This document shows, piece by piece, positions 39,397 through 50,810 of a DNA stretch of 64,000 nucleotides. The stretch comes from an uncultured delta proteobacterium. GTDB lineage: Bacteria > Bdellovibrionota > FAC87 > UBA2466. The DNA lies in assembly GCA_963778115.1 (NCBI GenBank), contig CAVZSV010000004.1, positions 384,001-448,000 on the forward strand, in the 5' to 3' direction. A program made the translations under genes and the position numbers. Below the pieces are notes generated by a model. That model had not been told where the DNA came from. It searched no databases and worked only from the letters and a program-made list of their open reading frames with translations. Position 1 is the stretch's first letter. Each line of letters begins with the position of its first letter.

Positions 39397-39671
39397 GTGT
39401 TATTCGAATGGGTGCTGTCGCAGGTGGTTTGCATTCTAGCGCAGTCGATAATCATGGTCGGAGTCGTCTGTTCGATGCCCGTCATGACCTCTTCAAAATC
39501 TTGGCAGTGGTTGCCCTCCACTTGATGCTCCAAATAGGTGGTGGTGGTGCAATTGGCGTAATGGCCGGTTTGGCCTTGGTCTTCTCCAGGTGGTAGGTAG
39601 GCGGGGGGAGCGCAAAATGCATGAACACTAAATAGGGTTAATAAAAGGATTTCAAATATAAAATGCTTCAT
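39384..39671 (-). CDS. Small exported Cys-containing hypothetical protein
   Basis: Signal peptide and four further cysteines in the mature part. Confidence 0.6.
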   Translation of the reverse strand: MKHFIFEILLLTLFSVHAFCAPPAYLPPGEDQGQTGHYANCTTTTYLEHQVEGNHCQDFEEVMTGIEQTTPTMIIDCARMQTTCDSTHSNNTQDE

Positions 39672-39756
39672 GGTTATGGCCCCCGTGTGAGGCTTTTATA
39701 GCATGCCCCTCTCGCAGTTCCACGTCGATAGGCGTCACATTGAACTAAGTTTAAAT

Positions 39757-40752
39757 TTAATTCGCAACCGATTCCGCGGTTGCCGAATCAGTAGTAGCCC
39801 GCGCCATTCGAAGCTGGGGCTCTTTTACGATCTGAACATCGTTGTTGCGTCGGGATAGTTGCTGGAGCTCTTGGAAGCGGATGTGGATAGTGTTTAGTAT
39901 CAGCCCAATCATTCCCAGGCTAATACTTATCATAGTCAGTGCCGTGTGAAGATAATGGGCCGCAGGAGCAAAAACTAGTAAGGGTAACGTCACCCCCGCA
40001 TAAAGTACCAAAGCGCATGAAGCAAAAAACAAAAGAGGCCTTAAATCTCGAGCTAGCCAAACAATCGTGACCAACACTTTGTAACCATCCGAAAAGGTTC
40101 GAAGCTTGCTATGGCTATTGGGGGGACGATGGCGATAAGGCAAGGCGATCTCACGGAGATTAAATCCGTAAATGAGCGAATAGACCGTAAGCTCCGTTTC
40201 GACTTCAAATCCGTCGCGCATGAAAGGAATATTTTTTACAAACTTTCGCGACATCGCTCGGTAGCCCGAACAGATGTCCGTGAGTCGGCTCCCAAAGATC
40301 GTGTTGATAAGTTTGAGAATAAGAGCATTTCCAAAGCGATGAAATTTTCGAAAGGCCGTCGCCGAATGGTCCTCAAGTCGGCTTCCCACTACCATGTCAG
40401 CTTCGCCACGAAGAATAGGCTCCATCATTCGATGTACGCCTTTGGCATCATAGGTGTCGTCAGAATCGACCATCAAGTAGATATCGGCCTCTACCACTTC
40501 AAACATCTTGCGAACGACGTTGCCCTTGCCTCGTTTGAGGACGGGAATTACCGTTGCTCCTTCGGCCAGAGCTATCTCTACCGAACTGTCGGTGGAGTTG
40601 TTATCAAATACATAGACTTCAATCGAAGGAATTTCGGTCCGGAAATCGCGAATCACTCTTTCTAGAGTCAGCTCTTCGTTCAAGCACGGAAGCATGAGTG
40701 CAATTCGAGGAACTCTGGTAACGGTACTTATTTTTTGTGGAAAATTTGGCAT
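39757..40752 (-). CDS. GT2 glycosyltransferase (polyprenol-phosphate glycosyltransferase-like)
   Basis: PCLNEE, DNNSTD, GKG, MVDSDDTY, DICSGYRA, C-terminal TM helices. Confidence 0.92.
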   Translation of the reverse strand: MPNFPQKISTVTRVPRIALMLPCLNEELTLERVIRDFRTEIPSIEVYVFDNNSTDSSVEIALAEGATVIPVLKRGKGNVVRKMFEVVEADIYLMVDSDDTYDAKGVHRMMEPILRGEADMVVGSRLEDHSATAFRKFHRFGNALILKLINTIFGSRLTDICSGYRAMSRKFVKNIPFMRDGFEVETELTVYSLIYGFNLREIALPYRHRPPNSHSKLRTFSDGYKVLVTIVWLARDLRPLLFFASCALVLYAGVTLPLLVFAPAAHYLHTALTMISISLGMIGLILNTIHIRFQELQQLSRRNNDVQIVKEPQLRMARATTDSATAESVAN

Positions 40753-40838
40753 AGAGTAATCGGAATTCCGATCACTATGCTTATCGGTAAGAAAACGGCC
40801 GATTGTGAATGTTTTTTCACAATCGATTCCGCAATGCG

Positions 40839-42626
40839 TTACGATCGGGAATGGATATCGTGAAATTTCTTGAAAATCCCAGACTTCTGTAGAAGCGCGT
40901 CATAGGAGCCCTGCTCGGAAAGATGGCCGTGATCTAGGACCAGAATATCATCGCACTCTTCGATGGTGGAAAGTCGATGCGCGATTACAATGGAAGTTCG
41001 GGTAGAAAGAAGTTCATGGATGGCTTCCATGAGTTTCTTTTCCAAACGCCTGTCCACACTTGAAGTCGCTTCGTCGAGAACAAGCAGTGGGGTATCAAAA
41101 ACTAGAATACGAGCAAACGAAATGAGTTGCCTTTCTCCCAAAGAAAAATTGGTACCACCTTCGTTCACCATCATGTCCAATCCGCCTCGGGGACGAATAA
41201 CATCCCAGAGCTGGGCTCTTTCGCATTGGGAACGAAGATATTCGTCGGTAAATCCTTCTCTTCCCAAACTTAAGTTTTCTCTTACCGTTCCTTGAAAGAG
41301 ATAGATTTCCTGGTGAACCACACCGATATATCGTCTTAGGTCGTAGCGGTCCCATTGGTTTAGAGGCCGTCCTCCAAATAAAATTTGTCCTTGGGTTGGC
41401 TCGTAAAATCGCAACAGTAACCGGATCAAGGTAGACTTCCCACTTCCAGTGGCCCCCACGACCGCTAACTGCCTTCCGGCGGGCAAGCGGAAACTCACGT
41501 CTTGTAAAGCAAGCGAGTCCCGGCTCGGGTACTGAAAACTGACAGAATGGAACTCGATCGAAGCCGTTTCGGGCACGATGGCGGGCTTATCATTTCCGAA
41601 AGATACATCGAGTTTGGCGAAAATCTCTTCTTCCGTTGGCTCATCTAGCACGTTGGCCACTCTTTCGGCGGCGATCATGGCGGACAAAAAAGTATTGTAT
41701 TTTTCCACCAGATCCCGAATGGGCTGAAAGAGATTTCTCAAATAGCCCAGGAAAGCGACCACCACGCCAAGACTTATCTTTCCTTCAATCACCCAGTGGC
41801 CGCCCACCATCATGACGGTCACCAGAGCAACTCCGTTTAGCACGTTAGCCAGAGGCTGAAGAAGGGCAAAAATCTTTAAAGACTCTAACGAAGCCTCCTG
41901 ATACTGGAGAACTATTCCTTCAAATCTGTCGTAGCGTTCTTTTTCCGCGGAAAGCCGCTGAATCGTTGCGATAGCCCCGATATTCTCGCCTAAAAACGCG
42001 TTGATCTCGGCCAATCGCAGACGAATTTTCCGATAGGCGACCGCGACCCTGTTTCCGAAGTAGTGAATGAGAACCGCGACCAGCGGAAAAGTTATTAGCG
42101 TTATTCCGGCCAGCCGCCAGTTCATCCAAAACATGGCCGCAATGGTTCCGATAATGACCATGGTATCGAGAACCAGCACTGAGATAGAGGCTGTGAAAAG
42201 TTCACTGAGTGCCTTGATGTCGTTCACGACTCGTACGAGTAAGCGGCCGGTTGGATTTCGATCAAAATAAGGCACAGGCATGTGGGCAATTCGGGTAAAC
42301 AGAAGAGATCTCAGATCGTGAGTTATCTGCTGTCCCGTCGATTGAATCACATAGGCTTGAACTGTATCCAAAACCGCTTTGGCGATGATGAGCCCAAAGA
42401 AGATCCAACACAAAATCACTAGAATTCTATGCCCTTGGTCAGCTGTCGAAACCGCGTCCACGGTCTTTCCCACGACAGCGGGCAAAATGACGTCCATTGC
42501 GGTCGCCAAAAAGATTAGCCCGACACCCAGGCTAAATTTATTTCGGTAAGGACGCAGAGTGGGCCAGAGCCGCCGGGTGATCTGGATGGCGTTAGTATTG
42601 ATGATTTTTTCTTCGGTTGAGATCAT
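40839..42626 (-). CDS. ABC exporter permease/ATPase (MdlB-like)
   Basis: TMD plus GATGSGKS, degenerate signature FSLGERQ, LDEATSSVD. Confidence 0.93.
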   Translation of the reverse strand: MISTEEKIINTNAIQITRRLWPTLRPYRNKFSLGVGLIFLATAMDVILPAVVGKTVDAVSTADQGHRILVILCWIFFGLIIAKAVLDTVQAYVIQSTGQQITHDLRSLLFTRIAHMPVPYFDRNPTGRLLVRVVNDIKALSELFTASISVLVLDTMVIIGTIAAMFWMNWRLAGITLITFPLVAVLIHYFGNRVAVAYRKIRLRLAEINAFLGENIGAIATIQRLSAEKERYDRFEGIVLQYQEASLESLKIFALLQPLANVLNGVALVTVMMVGGHWVIEGKISLGVVVAFLGYLRNLFQPIRDLVEKYNTFLSAMIAAERVANVLDEPTEEEIFAKLDVSFGNDKPAIVPETASIEFHSVSFQYPSRDSLALQDVSFRLPAGRQLAVVGATGSGKSTLIRLLLRFYEPTQGQILFGGRPLNQWDRYDLRRYIGVVHQEIYLFQGTVRENLSLGREGFTDEYLRSQCERAQLWDVIRPRGGLDMMVNEGGTNFSLGERQLISFARILVFDTPLLVLDEATSSVDRRLEKKLMEAIHELLSTRTSIVIAHRLSTIEECDDILVLDHGHLSEQGSYDALLQKSGIFKKFHDIHSRS

Positions 42627-44443
42627 TTTGTGACCTCCACTTCCGTAGCCTTCTCAAAACCAACGCTCTCAATCATTCTTTCGCTCTTCTCCCAAAGAAG
42701 CCGATACAATCGATTACTACGAATGAGATCCTTGTGATGGCCCGTTTCGACTATCTTCCCCCGGTCAAGTAACCATATCTCATCCATCCGAGGCATAATC
42801 GACAAACGATGAGAGGCAAAACAGATACTCAAATCCGGATACTGAGAAAAGAAATTTTCGATGATTTGGTTCTCGATATCGACGTCAACAGCTGAGAAGC
42901 TGTCATCCAAAATCAAAAGTTCCGGTTGCCTTACCAATGCCCGGGTCAAAGCAACTCGCTGTTTCTGTCCGCCCGAGAGATTGACTCCCCGCTCTCCCAA
43001 CTGAGTTTGGAATCCTCTGGTCAGCTCCAAGACTTCATTTTCGATGCACGCCACCCGCGTTGCTTTCTCGACTTCCCGATCAGAGATTCGCCCTGCCCTT
43101 CCCATCACCACATTGGAACGAATATCCTCACTGAAAAGATAGATCTGCTGCTCTACACTGGCTATCTCTTTGCGCAACTCCGAAGCAGGAATCGAAAGGA
43201 CATCTTGTCCCTTGAAGAATATGGTGTCGGCTTCGGGCTCGTACAATCTTAAGATCAACTGAAATAACGTTGTCTTGCCCGAACCCACCGGCCCCACCAG
43301 TCCAATCTTCTGCCCTTTTCTAATAGAAAGTTTGGGAATCTCTAATTCAAAACTCTCCTCGGACCGAGCCTTGTCAAAACGGTAATTCAGATTTTCAATC
43401 GCAAGCAGACGAGCTTGGGACCTCTCTTCTTTCGGCGGTTTGGCCGGGATAACGACCGAACTTACTTGAGGCGCTGACATGACTTGATCCAAACGCCGTT
43501 GTGCCGCAATCCCCTCTTCGGCCATAGTCACCGCCCAACCGATAGCCTCCATCGGCCAAGAGAGGACGACAACATATCGCTGAAAGGCAATAAAGGTTCC
43601 GACCGTAATCACCTTATGAATGACGTCCATCCCACCGAAAATTAGGATGAGTAAAGTGCCCGCCCCGGTGAGTAAAACCAATGCCGGGGAAAATACCGCC
43701 TGGTATTTCGCAAGCACGATACCTTCTTTTTCATACGTTTTGCTAAAGCCCCAAAAACGACTTTGAACGCGATTTTCTAACACCAGAGATTTAATCAGAC
43801 GGATAGCCGAAAAGCTTTCTTGAGCGAAGGCACTCATGGACGAAAGACGAACTTGCAGACTTTCAAAAAGGGCCTCGATTTTGGTCCCTACTCGTAGTGT
43901 TATCCAAGGCGCTAACGGATAAAAGGCGAGTGCTAGCAGAGCAAGTTTCCAGGAGAGATAAAAAAGGACGGGAACTATCATGAAAAACTGAACGAAGCCG
44001 TCCACGGTGATTAGAATTCCTGGGCCCACCGCCATACGAATGGATTCGATGTCGTTCGTGGCGCGAGACATAAGATCGCCCGTTCGAATCGATTGGTAAT
44101 ACTTCAAAGGGAGTCTCTGAAGATGGCGGTAAAGATCGTTTCTCAATTCCGTGGCGATAAAATGGGAAGTCCCTATGAGATACCATCGCCATAGGTAACG
44201 TCCTAACGACTGAAGCACCATCATGATTCCAAGAATCGCCGCCGCCCAGACCAACCGCCGGTAGTCTTTGGGTTCGATAGCGTCTATGCCATCACGGATG
44301 GCTAGAGGAATAGCGACGTTGACCGCATCGACCAGAATTAAGGAGATAAATCCAATAAGGTATTGGGTCTTATGCCTCTTAAGATATGGCCAAAAAGGGT
44401 ATTTTTTCAAATAGTTAACTACACCGAACACTGAAATCCCCAA
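42623..44443 (-). CDS. ABC exporter permease/ATPase (MdlA-like)
   Basis: RTGDLMSRATND, GPVGSGKT, LSGGQKQR, LDDSFSAVD. Confidence 0.93.
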   Translation of the reverse strand: MGISVFGVVNYLKKYPFWPYLKRHKTQYLIGFISLILVDAVNVAIPLAIRDGIDAIEPKDYRRLVWAAAILGIMMVLQSLGRYLWRWYLIGTSHFIATELRNDLYRHLQRLPLKYYQSIRTGDLMSRATNDIESIRMAVGPGILITVDGFVQFFMIVPVLFYLSWKLALLALAFYPLAPWITLRVGTKIEALFESLQVRLSSMSAFAQESFSAIRLIKSLVLENRVQSRFWGFSKTYEKEGIVLAKYQAVFSPALVLLTGAGTLLILIFGGMDVIHKVITVGTFIAFQRYVVVLSWPMEAIGWAVTMAEEGIAAQRRLDQVMSAPQVSSVVIPAKPPKEERSQARLLAIENLNYRFDKARSEESFELEIPKLSIRKGQKIGLVGPVGSGKTTLFQLILRLYEPEADTIFFKGQDVLSIPASELRKEIASVEQQIYLFSEDIRSNVVMGRAGRISDREVEKATRVACIENEVLELTRGFQTQLGERGVNLSGGQKQRVALTRALVRQPELLILDDSFSAVDVDIENQIIENFFSQYPDLSICFASHRLSIMPRMDEIWLLDRGKIVETGHHKDLIRSNRLYRLLWEKSERMIESVGFEKATEVEVTK

Positions 44444-44582
44444 ACCTAAACCAAAGTAGTCATCTTTTGACTTTCAGACTTTAGAAACCATATTAAGCTA
44501 AATGTCCGTAATCGATATGTCATGAGAATCTATTAGAAAGTTGTAACCTCGAGACGGCATAGCGGTTAGCTTAGGAGAGTCG

Positions 44583-47195
44583 ATGAACATCAATCAGTTT
44601 ACAGTCAAAGCACAAGAAGCGGTCGTTGACGCGCAAGCGGCGGCGGTTAAGGGAAGCCACCAGAGTGTGGATCCCGAGCACTTGCTCTTTGCTCTTCTTA
44701 AACAAGAAGACGGCCTGGTCTCTCAGACATTGGACAAAATTGCGAAAGCTACCTCCAAAGCACTCATGACCGCGGTGCAAAAAGAGCTCGATAAGAAACC
44801 GCAAGTTCACGGCAATGTCCAAAGCTATCTCTCTCAACCAGCCAACCGCTTGCTCCTCTCTGCCGAAGCCGAAGCCAAAGCGCTTCATGATGATTTCACA
44901 AGTACCGAACATCTTTTTCTAGCCTTACTGGGATTGCGAGAAGGAGTCATTCCCGAACTTCTAAAACAGGCAAAGATCACCAAAGCCTCGTTCCTGGAAG
45001 CTTTGCAAAAAGTTAGAGGAAACCAAAAGGTTACCGATCAAAATCCCGAAGAAAAATATAATGCGCTCGACAGATATACTCGAGATCTCACTCAGCAAGC
45101 CACGAATGGGAGGCTAGATCCCGTGATCGGTCGTGATAACGAGATCCGCCGAGTGATCCAAGTCCTATCTCGGCGTACCAAGAACAATCCGGTTCTCATC
45201 GGAGATCCTGGAGTCGGAAAAACGGCGATTGTAGAAGGGTTAGCTCAACGTATTATCGCGGGTGACGTTCCGGAAAGTTTAAAGAACAAGCGGCTACTTA
45301 GTCTGGATTTGGGATCGCTGGTCGCAGGGGCTAAATACCGCGGAGAATTTGAAGATCGGCTAAAAGCCGTCTTAAAGGAAGTGACCTCCGCCCAAGGAAC
45401 GATCATCCTCTTTATCGACGAACTGCATACGATGGTGGGTGCGGGAAAATCCGAAGGAAGCATGGACGCTTCCAACATGCTTAAGCCCGCTCTCGCCCGA
45501 GGCGAACTCCGCTGCGTGGGTGCAACCACTTTAGACGAATACCGCATGTATATTGAGAAGGATTCGGCCCTCGAGCGTAGGTTCCAACAAGTCTATGTAG
45601 GCGAACCTTCGGTGGAAGATACCATCGCAATCCTAAGAGGACTCAAAGAACGATACGAAGTCCACCATGGCATACGCATTACCGATTCCGCGTTGGTTGC
45701 CGCGGCAAAGCTAAGCCACCGCTACATTAATAACCGGTTCTTGCCGGATAAAGCTATCGACCTCATGGACGAAGCGGCGTCCAAGTTACGAATTGAAATA
45801 GATAGTCTACCGACCGAGATTGACGAAATTGAACGTAAACTCATTCAGTTACGCGTGGAAAGGCAGGCGCTTAAGAAAGATACCGACCCCGCCAGTCAAA
45901 TTCGGCGTACGGCCTTGGAAAAGCAGATCACAGAACTAGAGGCTAAATCGTCTGTTATGAAGGAGCAGTGGAAAAGGGAGAAAGGGGCGATCGGCAACAT
46001 CTCCCAAATTAAAGAACAGATGGAGCAAACCAAGACACAGATTGAGAAGGCCGAACGCGAGGGGAATTTAGAGAAAGCCGCAGAACTCAAATACGGCACG
46101 TTAAATGAACTTCAAAGAGCCTTGGAACAGGCCAATACGAAAGCTTCTCCCATAGCGACCGAGAAACGGATGCTTAAGGAGGAGGTCGACGAAGAGGACA
46201 TCGCCGAAGTGGTGGCGAAGTGGACCGGAATTCCGGTAAGCAAAATGCTGGAATCCGATAGGCAAAAGCTTTTGCGCATGGAAGAGGAGATGCGCAAAAG
46301 GGTCATTGGACAAGATTTGGCTATCAAAGCGGTTTGCAATGCCGTCCGACGAAGTCAGGCGGGACTGAGCGATCCTAAAAGACCTATCGGAGGTTTTCTT
46401 TTCTTAGGCCCTACGGGAGTGGGAAAGACGGAGACGGCAAAAACTTTGGCCGAATTCCTTTTTGACGACGAGAATAATATGGTTCGCATCGACATGAGCG
46501 AATTCATGGAAAAGCATTCCGTCTCTAGGCTAGTCGGAGCTCCTCCTGGATATGTGGGTTACGAAGAGGGGGGAGTTCTCACTGAAGCGGTAAGACGACG
46601 CCCCTATTCGGTGGTACTCTTTGATGAAGTCGAAAAGGCACATCAAGACGTCTTCAACATTCTATTGCAAATTTTAGACGACGGAATTTTAACATCGGGC
46701 CAAGGCGACCAAGTCAATTTCAAGAACACTATAATTATTCTGACCTCGAACCTAGGAACCCAATACATCCAAGAAGGCGGCATCGACGAAACCGTGAAAA
46801 ACCGAGTCATGGCCGAAGTGCGTAGCCATTTTCGCCCCGAACTCCTTAACCGCCTGGATGACATCATCTTGTTCCACGCCCTCACCCAGGAGAATTTAAC
46901 CAAGATCGTGGACATCCAATTAGAATCCCTAAAGAAGTTGCTTGATTCCAAAAATCTAAGTATGGTTGTCGACCAAAAGGCGAAGGAGACACTCGCCCGA
47001 CGAGGTTACGACCCAGTTTACGGGGCTCGCCCTTTGAAAAGATTGATATCGGAAGCCATCTTGAATCCTCTTGCTACCAAACTACTTGAAGGTGAATTTA
47101 AGTCAGGTGACACCATAGAAGTGACTACCGACGATAAGGGGGATCTGGTATTCAAGAAAGGCAGCCGGGCGGGTGTTCGCAAAGTTGCCGTCTGA
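44583..47195 (+). CDS. clpB: ATP-dependent chaperone ClpB
   Basis: Two AAA+ modules ([16 protein letters not shown]), coiled-coil M domain, no IGF loop. Confidence 0.98.
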   Translation: MNINQFTVKAQEAVVDAQAAAVKGSHQSVDPEHLLFALLKQEDGLVSQTLDKIAKATSKALMTAVQKELDKKPQVHGNVQSYLSQPANRLLLSAEAEAKALHDDFTSTEHLFLALLGLREGVIPELLKQAKITKASFLEALQKVRGNQKVTDQNPEEKYNALDRYTRDLTQQATNGRLDPVIGRDNEIRRVIQVLSRRTKNNPVLIGDPGVGKTAIVEGLAQRIIAGDVPESLKNKRLLSLDLGSLVAGAKYRGEFEDRLKAVLKEVTSAQGTIILFIDELHTMVGAGKSEGSMDASNMLKPALARGELRCVGATTLDEYRMYIEKDSALERRFQQVYVGEPSVEDTIAILRGLKERYEVHHGIRITDSALVAAAKLSHRYINNRFLPDKAIDLMDEAASKLRIEIDSLPTEIDEIERKLIQLRVERQALKKDTDPASQIRRTALEKQITELEAKSSVMKEQWKREKGAIGNISQIKEQMEQTKTQIEKAEREGNLEKAAELKYGTLNELQRALEQANTKASPIATEKRMLKEEVDEEDIAEVVAKWTGIPVSKMLESDRQKLLRMEEEMRKRVIGQDLAIKAVCNAVRRSQAGLSDPKRPIGGFLFLGPTGVGKTETAKTLAEFLFDDENNMVRIDMSEFMEKHSVSRLVGAPPGYVGYEEGGVLTEAVRRRPYSVVLFDEVEKAHQDVFNILLQILDDGILTSGQGDQVNFKNTIIILTSNLGTQYIQEGGIDETVKNRVMAEVRSHFRPELLNRLDDIILFHALTQENLTKIVDIQLESLKKLLDSKNLSMVVDQKAKETLARRGYDPVYGARPLKRLISEAILNPLATKLLEGEFKSGDTIEVTTDDKGDLVFKKGSRAGVRKVAV

Positions 47196-47243
47196 GAAAG
47201 ATTTTTTTGCTTTTGGTTTTATTGAGTGAATTAGGAGGTTGTA

Positions 47244-48860
47244 ATGGCGAACGATAACTTTGGTGACAGACCAGAAAATGGCCCTGAGGACAAACCGATC
47301 CGAAGATCCATGAAACGCCCCTTGGCATACCTCGTTGCAGTGGTGGCAGCCGCACTGCTAAGTGTCGCGATTTTTGCCGGAGCTCAGTTTTTCGCGGCCC
47401 AACGCGCAACTCAGACAGCCCTTCTGGATAATCCCGCTTCGGCCGATGCGCCGGCACCAAAGCCAGGAGCCGATGCTGGAATCTCACAGTTAAAGCAAAC
47501 CTCTGAAGGATTTCGTTACGTCGCCCGAGTCGTCGGCCCTGCGGTCGTCAATATCAAGTCGACCAAAGGGGTAAAGAAAATGCCCCGCATGGCAGGTCGT
47601 GGCCGAGGTCGCCAGATGCCTCCCCAAGGCGGAGAGGACGACGATCAAGGACAGGGCGGGATGCCGCGCGATCCTTTTTTCGATTTCTTCGAACGATTTG
47701 GTCATCCTCTTATGCCGGAACAGCAGCAACCTCAAACTAGCCTTGGATCCGGAATTATCATCGATAAGAAGGGCTATGTCGTTACCAACAACCACGTGAT
47801 TGAGGACTCTTCGGAAATTTTAGTATCGCTCTCGGGAGATAAGGGAGACCTCAAGGCTAAGCTCATCGGTACCGATCCCAAAACAGACCTTGCCGTTTTA
47901 AAAATCGAATCATCAAAAGATTTACCTGTCGCCGAGTGGGCCGACTCTGACACCGTCGAAGTTGGGGATTGGGCAATTGCTATCGGAAGCCCTTTCGATC
48001 TTAGACAGACCGTTACGGTCGGAATCGTGAGTGCCAAAGGGCGCTCTAATGTCCTGTCCGGGTCCGAGTACGTAGGAGAACTTCTTCAGACGGATGCGGC
48101 CATCAATCCCGGTAACTCCGGCGGTCCCCTGTGCACGATAGACGGAAAGATCATGGGCGTGAACACGGCCATCTATACTCGCAGCGGCGGATACATGGGT
48201 ATTGGATTTGCGATTCCAGCGAATCTTGCCAAAGATGTCGTCAATAAGCTCAAGACCGACGGCAAGATTGTTCGTGGCTGGCTGGGAGTCTATATTCAGC
48301 CTCTAGACCCGGCCCTCGCCAAAGACCTTGGCGTTAAAGATGGTGTGGGCATTCATGAAGTCATCGACGCAAGCCCTGCGGCTGTTGCCGGACTCAAAGC
48401 GGGTGACGTAGTCACGGAAGTCGAGGATAAAAAGGTAACCGAAGTGAGCCAGCTTCAGCGCATCATTAGCAACTTCAAACCAGGTCAAAAGGTGAAAATG
48501 AAAGTGACAGCCTACGCCGATAAGAAATCGCGTACGGTGACGGTCAAAATCGGAGAAGTCCCCGATGCCGATAAGACTCAGGCAAAAGCAACGCAGGAGG
48601 ACGACACTCCAGATAAATTGGGCCTTATCGTCGGTGATAACAAGGGAAAAGAGGGAGTACTGATTCAAGCGGTACAGCCTAACTCCATCGGCGAGCAGTT
48701 GGATCTCTCCCAAGGAGACTTAATCCTCAGCATCAACCGAAAACAAACCAATTCGGTGGATACTTATAAAAAGGCGATTGCCAGTGCTAAGGGACTCATC
48801 AACCTTCAAGTAAAGCAGAAGGGACGCGTCCGCTTCTTCTCGTTTAATTTGCCCGACTAG
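47244..48860 (+). CDS. degP: HtrA/DegP (Do) serine protease with two PDZ domains
   Basis: TNNHVI, DLAVLK, INPGNSGGP. N-terminal TM helix. Confidence 0.93.
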   Translation: MANDNFGDRPENGPEDKPIRRSMKRPLAYLVAVVAAALLSVAIFAGAQFFAAQRATQTALLDNPASADAPAPKPGADAGISQLKQTSEGFRYVARVVGPAVVNIKSTKGVKKMPRMAGRGRGRQMPPQGGEDDDQGQGGMPRDPFFDFFERFGHPLMPEQQQPQTSLGSGIIIDKKGYVVTNNHVIEDSSEILVSLSGDKGDLKAKLIGTDPKTDLAVLKIESSKDLPVAEWADSDTVEVGDWAIAIGSPFDLRQTVTVGIVSAKGRSNVLSGSEYVGELLQTDAAINPGNSGGPLCTIDGKIMGVNTAIYTRSGGYMGIGFAIPANLAKDVVNKLKTDGKIVRGWLGVYIQPLDPALAKDLGVKDGVGIHEVIDASPAAVAGLKAGDVVTEVEDKKVTEVSQLQRIISNFKPGQKVKMKVTAYADKKSRTVTVKIGEVPDADKTQAKATQEDDTPDKLGLIVGDNKGKEGVLIQAVQPNSIGEQLDLSQGDLILSINRKQTNSVDTYKKAIASAKGLINLQVKQKGRVRFFSFNLPD

Positions 48861-49097
48861 GGAAAGGGTCTGTAATCCTTTTTACGTCGGTACATTAGAT
48901 CGAGGCCTGGTTCGCAATACTTACCTCGTTTCGCGGCTTGACTTGGAGTAGGAACCCAGGTCAATTCTGAGAGCGTTGTTATTTTTTTCTAAATTTTGTC
49001 CACGGACCGCTAGATTACTGTAAGGAGTCCTGTAAACTATTCATACAGGGTTTAGAGCTTCGCTAGTTAGTCGGTAAGAGGATGTAAGGGGAGAATA

Positions 49098-50015
49098 ATG
49101 TCTTCAATCGTCGTAGTCGGAACGATGGCGTTCGACACCATCGAAACTCCATTTGGTAAAGTTCCGAAAATTCTTGGTGGTTCTGCAAATTACTTCTCGC
49201 TCTCAGCGAGCCATTTTGTCCCGGTAAAATGTGTCAGTGTAGTGGGCCAAGATTATCCGACGGAGCACATAGAACTTCTAAAAAGCCGCGGCATAGACAT
49301 GGCGGGCGTTGTAAAAGTGGCGGAGGGAAAGACTTTCCATTGGTCCGGCGCTTATGGATACGATCTTAACGAAGCAAAGACGCTAGCCACCTGTCTCAAT
49401 GTTCTTGAAAAGTTTGAAGCTAATGTTCCCGAATCGTACCGCAATTCCCCATTTGTTTTCTTGGGGAACCTCGCTCCCAAGCTGCAGAGCAGCGTGCTAG
49501 CGCAGATGGACAAGCCCAAGTTCGTGGCTATTGACACCATGAATTTCTGGATTGAAGGACAACGAGACGCTCTCATAGAAGCGATTGCAAAGTGCCACGC
49601 GCTCATTATCAACGAAGGAGAGATCCGTCAGCTCACGAAAACCTACAATATGGTGCAAGCCGCAGATAAGGTTCGTGAATGGGGGCCTCAAATCGTAGTG
49701 GTAAAGCGAGGGGAGTACGGGGCAGCACTCTTTCACCACGGTGAAGCCTTCAGCGTTCCGGGTCTTCCTTTGGCTGAAGTTAAAGATCCCACGGGTGCCG
49801 GCGATACTTTCGCGGGCGGCTTTATGGGATACTTGGCCTCTCAGCACCAGTTCTCCCTCTCTACCAAGACGCTCAGAAAAGCGGTCGTATACGGATGTGT
49901 GATGGCGTCCTTTACGGTTCAGGATTTTGGGTTTAAGGAGTTGTTGGGGTTAAAGCGGGAGCAGCGTGACGAACGTTATCAGCGCTTTGTGGATCTAACT
50001 TCGTTTCATGAGTAA
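49098..50015 (+). CDS. PfkB-family carbohydrate kinase
   Basis: GGSANY, DTMNFWI, DPTGAGDTFAGG. Confidence 0.93.
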   Translation: MSSIVVVGTMAFDTIETPFGKVPKILGGSANYFSLSASHFVPVKCVSVVGQDYPTEHIELLKSRGIDMAGVVKVAEGKTFHWSGAYGYDLNEAKTLATCLNVLEKFEANVPESYRNSPFVFLGNLAPKLQSSVLAQMDKPKFVAIDTMNFWIEGQRDALIEAIAKCHALIINEGEIRQLTKTYNMVQAADKVREWGPQIVVVKRGEYGAALFHHGEAFSVPGLPLAEVKDPTGAGDTFAGGFMGYLASQHQFSLSTKTLRKAVVYGCVMASFTVQDFGFKELLGLKREQRDERYQRFVDLTSFHE

Positions 50016-50166
50016 CCCATTGAGTCTGGTGAATTTTTCTTCAGAAAATAGGCCCTTGACGATAAAAATCTTTGAAGCTAATAGTTTCCGGTCTTAAGGT
50101 AAGCATCTCTAATGCCAAAGAAGTAAAGACACGAAGTAAAGAAAGGCAGAAAAACGGAAGGGACAT

Positions 50167-50496
50167 ATGGGAAAAGCAACTCAAAAGTCAGCCCCAGTCT
50201 CGTTGGGAACCAAGCGTTCGTGCCCCGATTGCAACACTAAATTCTACGACTTCAACAAAGAGGATCTGGTCTGTCCGAAATGTTCGACAAAAATCGATCC
50301 TCAGAAACTCTCCTCGGCAAGTACCTCTCCCAAGCGTCCGAAAAAAGACAACACGGAAGAAGCGTTAATGGAGAGTGAAGATATTGTCGTGGCGGGTGCC
50401 GACGGGGCGTTCGAAAGTGTGGAAGATCTGGATGACGAAGAAGATGATGTTGTCGAAGATATCGACGTAGATAGTGAAGATGAAGGCAGTTACTAG
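50167..50496 (+). CDS. FYDLN-acid (TIGR02300-like) Zn-ribbon protein
   Basis: LGTKRSCPDCNTKFYDFNK..VCPKC plus an acidic tail. Confidence 0.9.
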   Translation: MGKATQKSAPVSLGTKRSCPDCNTKFYDFNKEDLVCPKCSTKIDPQKLSSASTSPKRPKKDNTEEALMESEDIVVAGADGAFESVEDLDDEEDDVVEDIDVDSEDEGSY

Positions 50497-50528
50497 TCCG
50501 CTCTAACTTTTCAAAAATCTAATTAAAA

Positions 50529-50801
50529 CTAAGGTTTCTTGCTCACCTGATTCGAATGAGTCAGAGGATCCGGTAGGTTTTTCGAACCTTGGGGAATCCT
50601 TCTGGCATCGACCCGAATGACTGGGCCCTTCCCCTCTTGCGGAGCGCGGAAATTGCGCCTTTGCGCTTTCTTATAACCCGAATAAATCAAACCCGAAAAG
50701 AGCGAGACAATCATTCCCCAAAAACCAAAGAAAAGCTGCCTTTGCGTTAGGGAATGAACGAGGTTGTAGAGAAACCTTCCGTCCTGAACCGGAGTATTCA
50801 T
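50529..50801 (-). CDS. Small membrane protein
   Basis: One TM segment. AGAGGGGA SD overlapping the upstream stop. Confidence 0.55.
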   Translation of the reverse strand: MNTPVQDGRFLYNLVHSLTQRQLFFGFWGMIVSLFSGLIYSGYKKAQRRNFRAPQEGKGPVIRVDARRIPQGSKNLPDPLTHSNQVSKKP

Positions 50802-50810
50802 GGATCCCCT

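Noticed and set aside
44460..44500. CIRCE, CtsR or HAIR heat-shock operator upstream of clpB
   Set aside because: Only a short GACTTT direct repeat is visible. It does not match those consensus sequences.
50072..50368. 98-aa ORF overlapping the FYDLN gene
   Set aside because: Alternate frame of a clearly recognisable gene.
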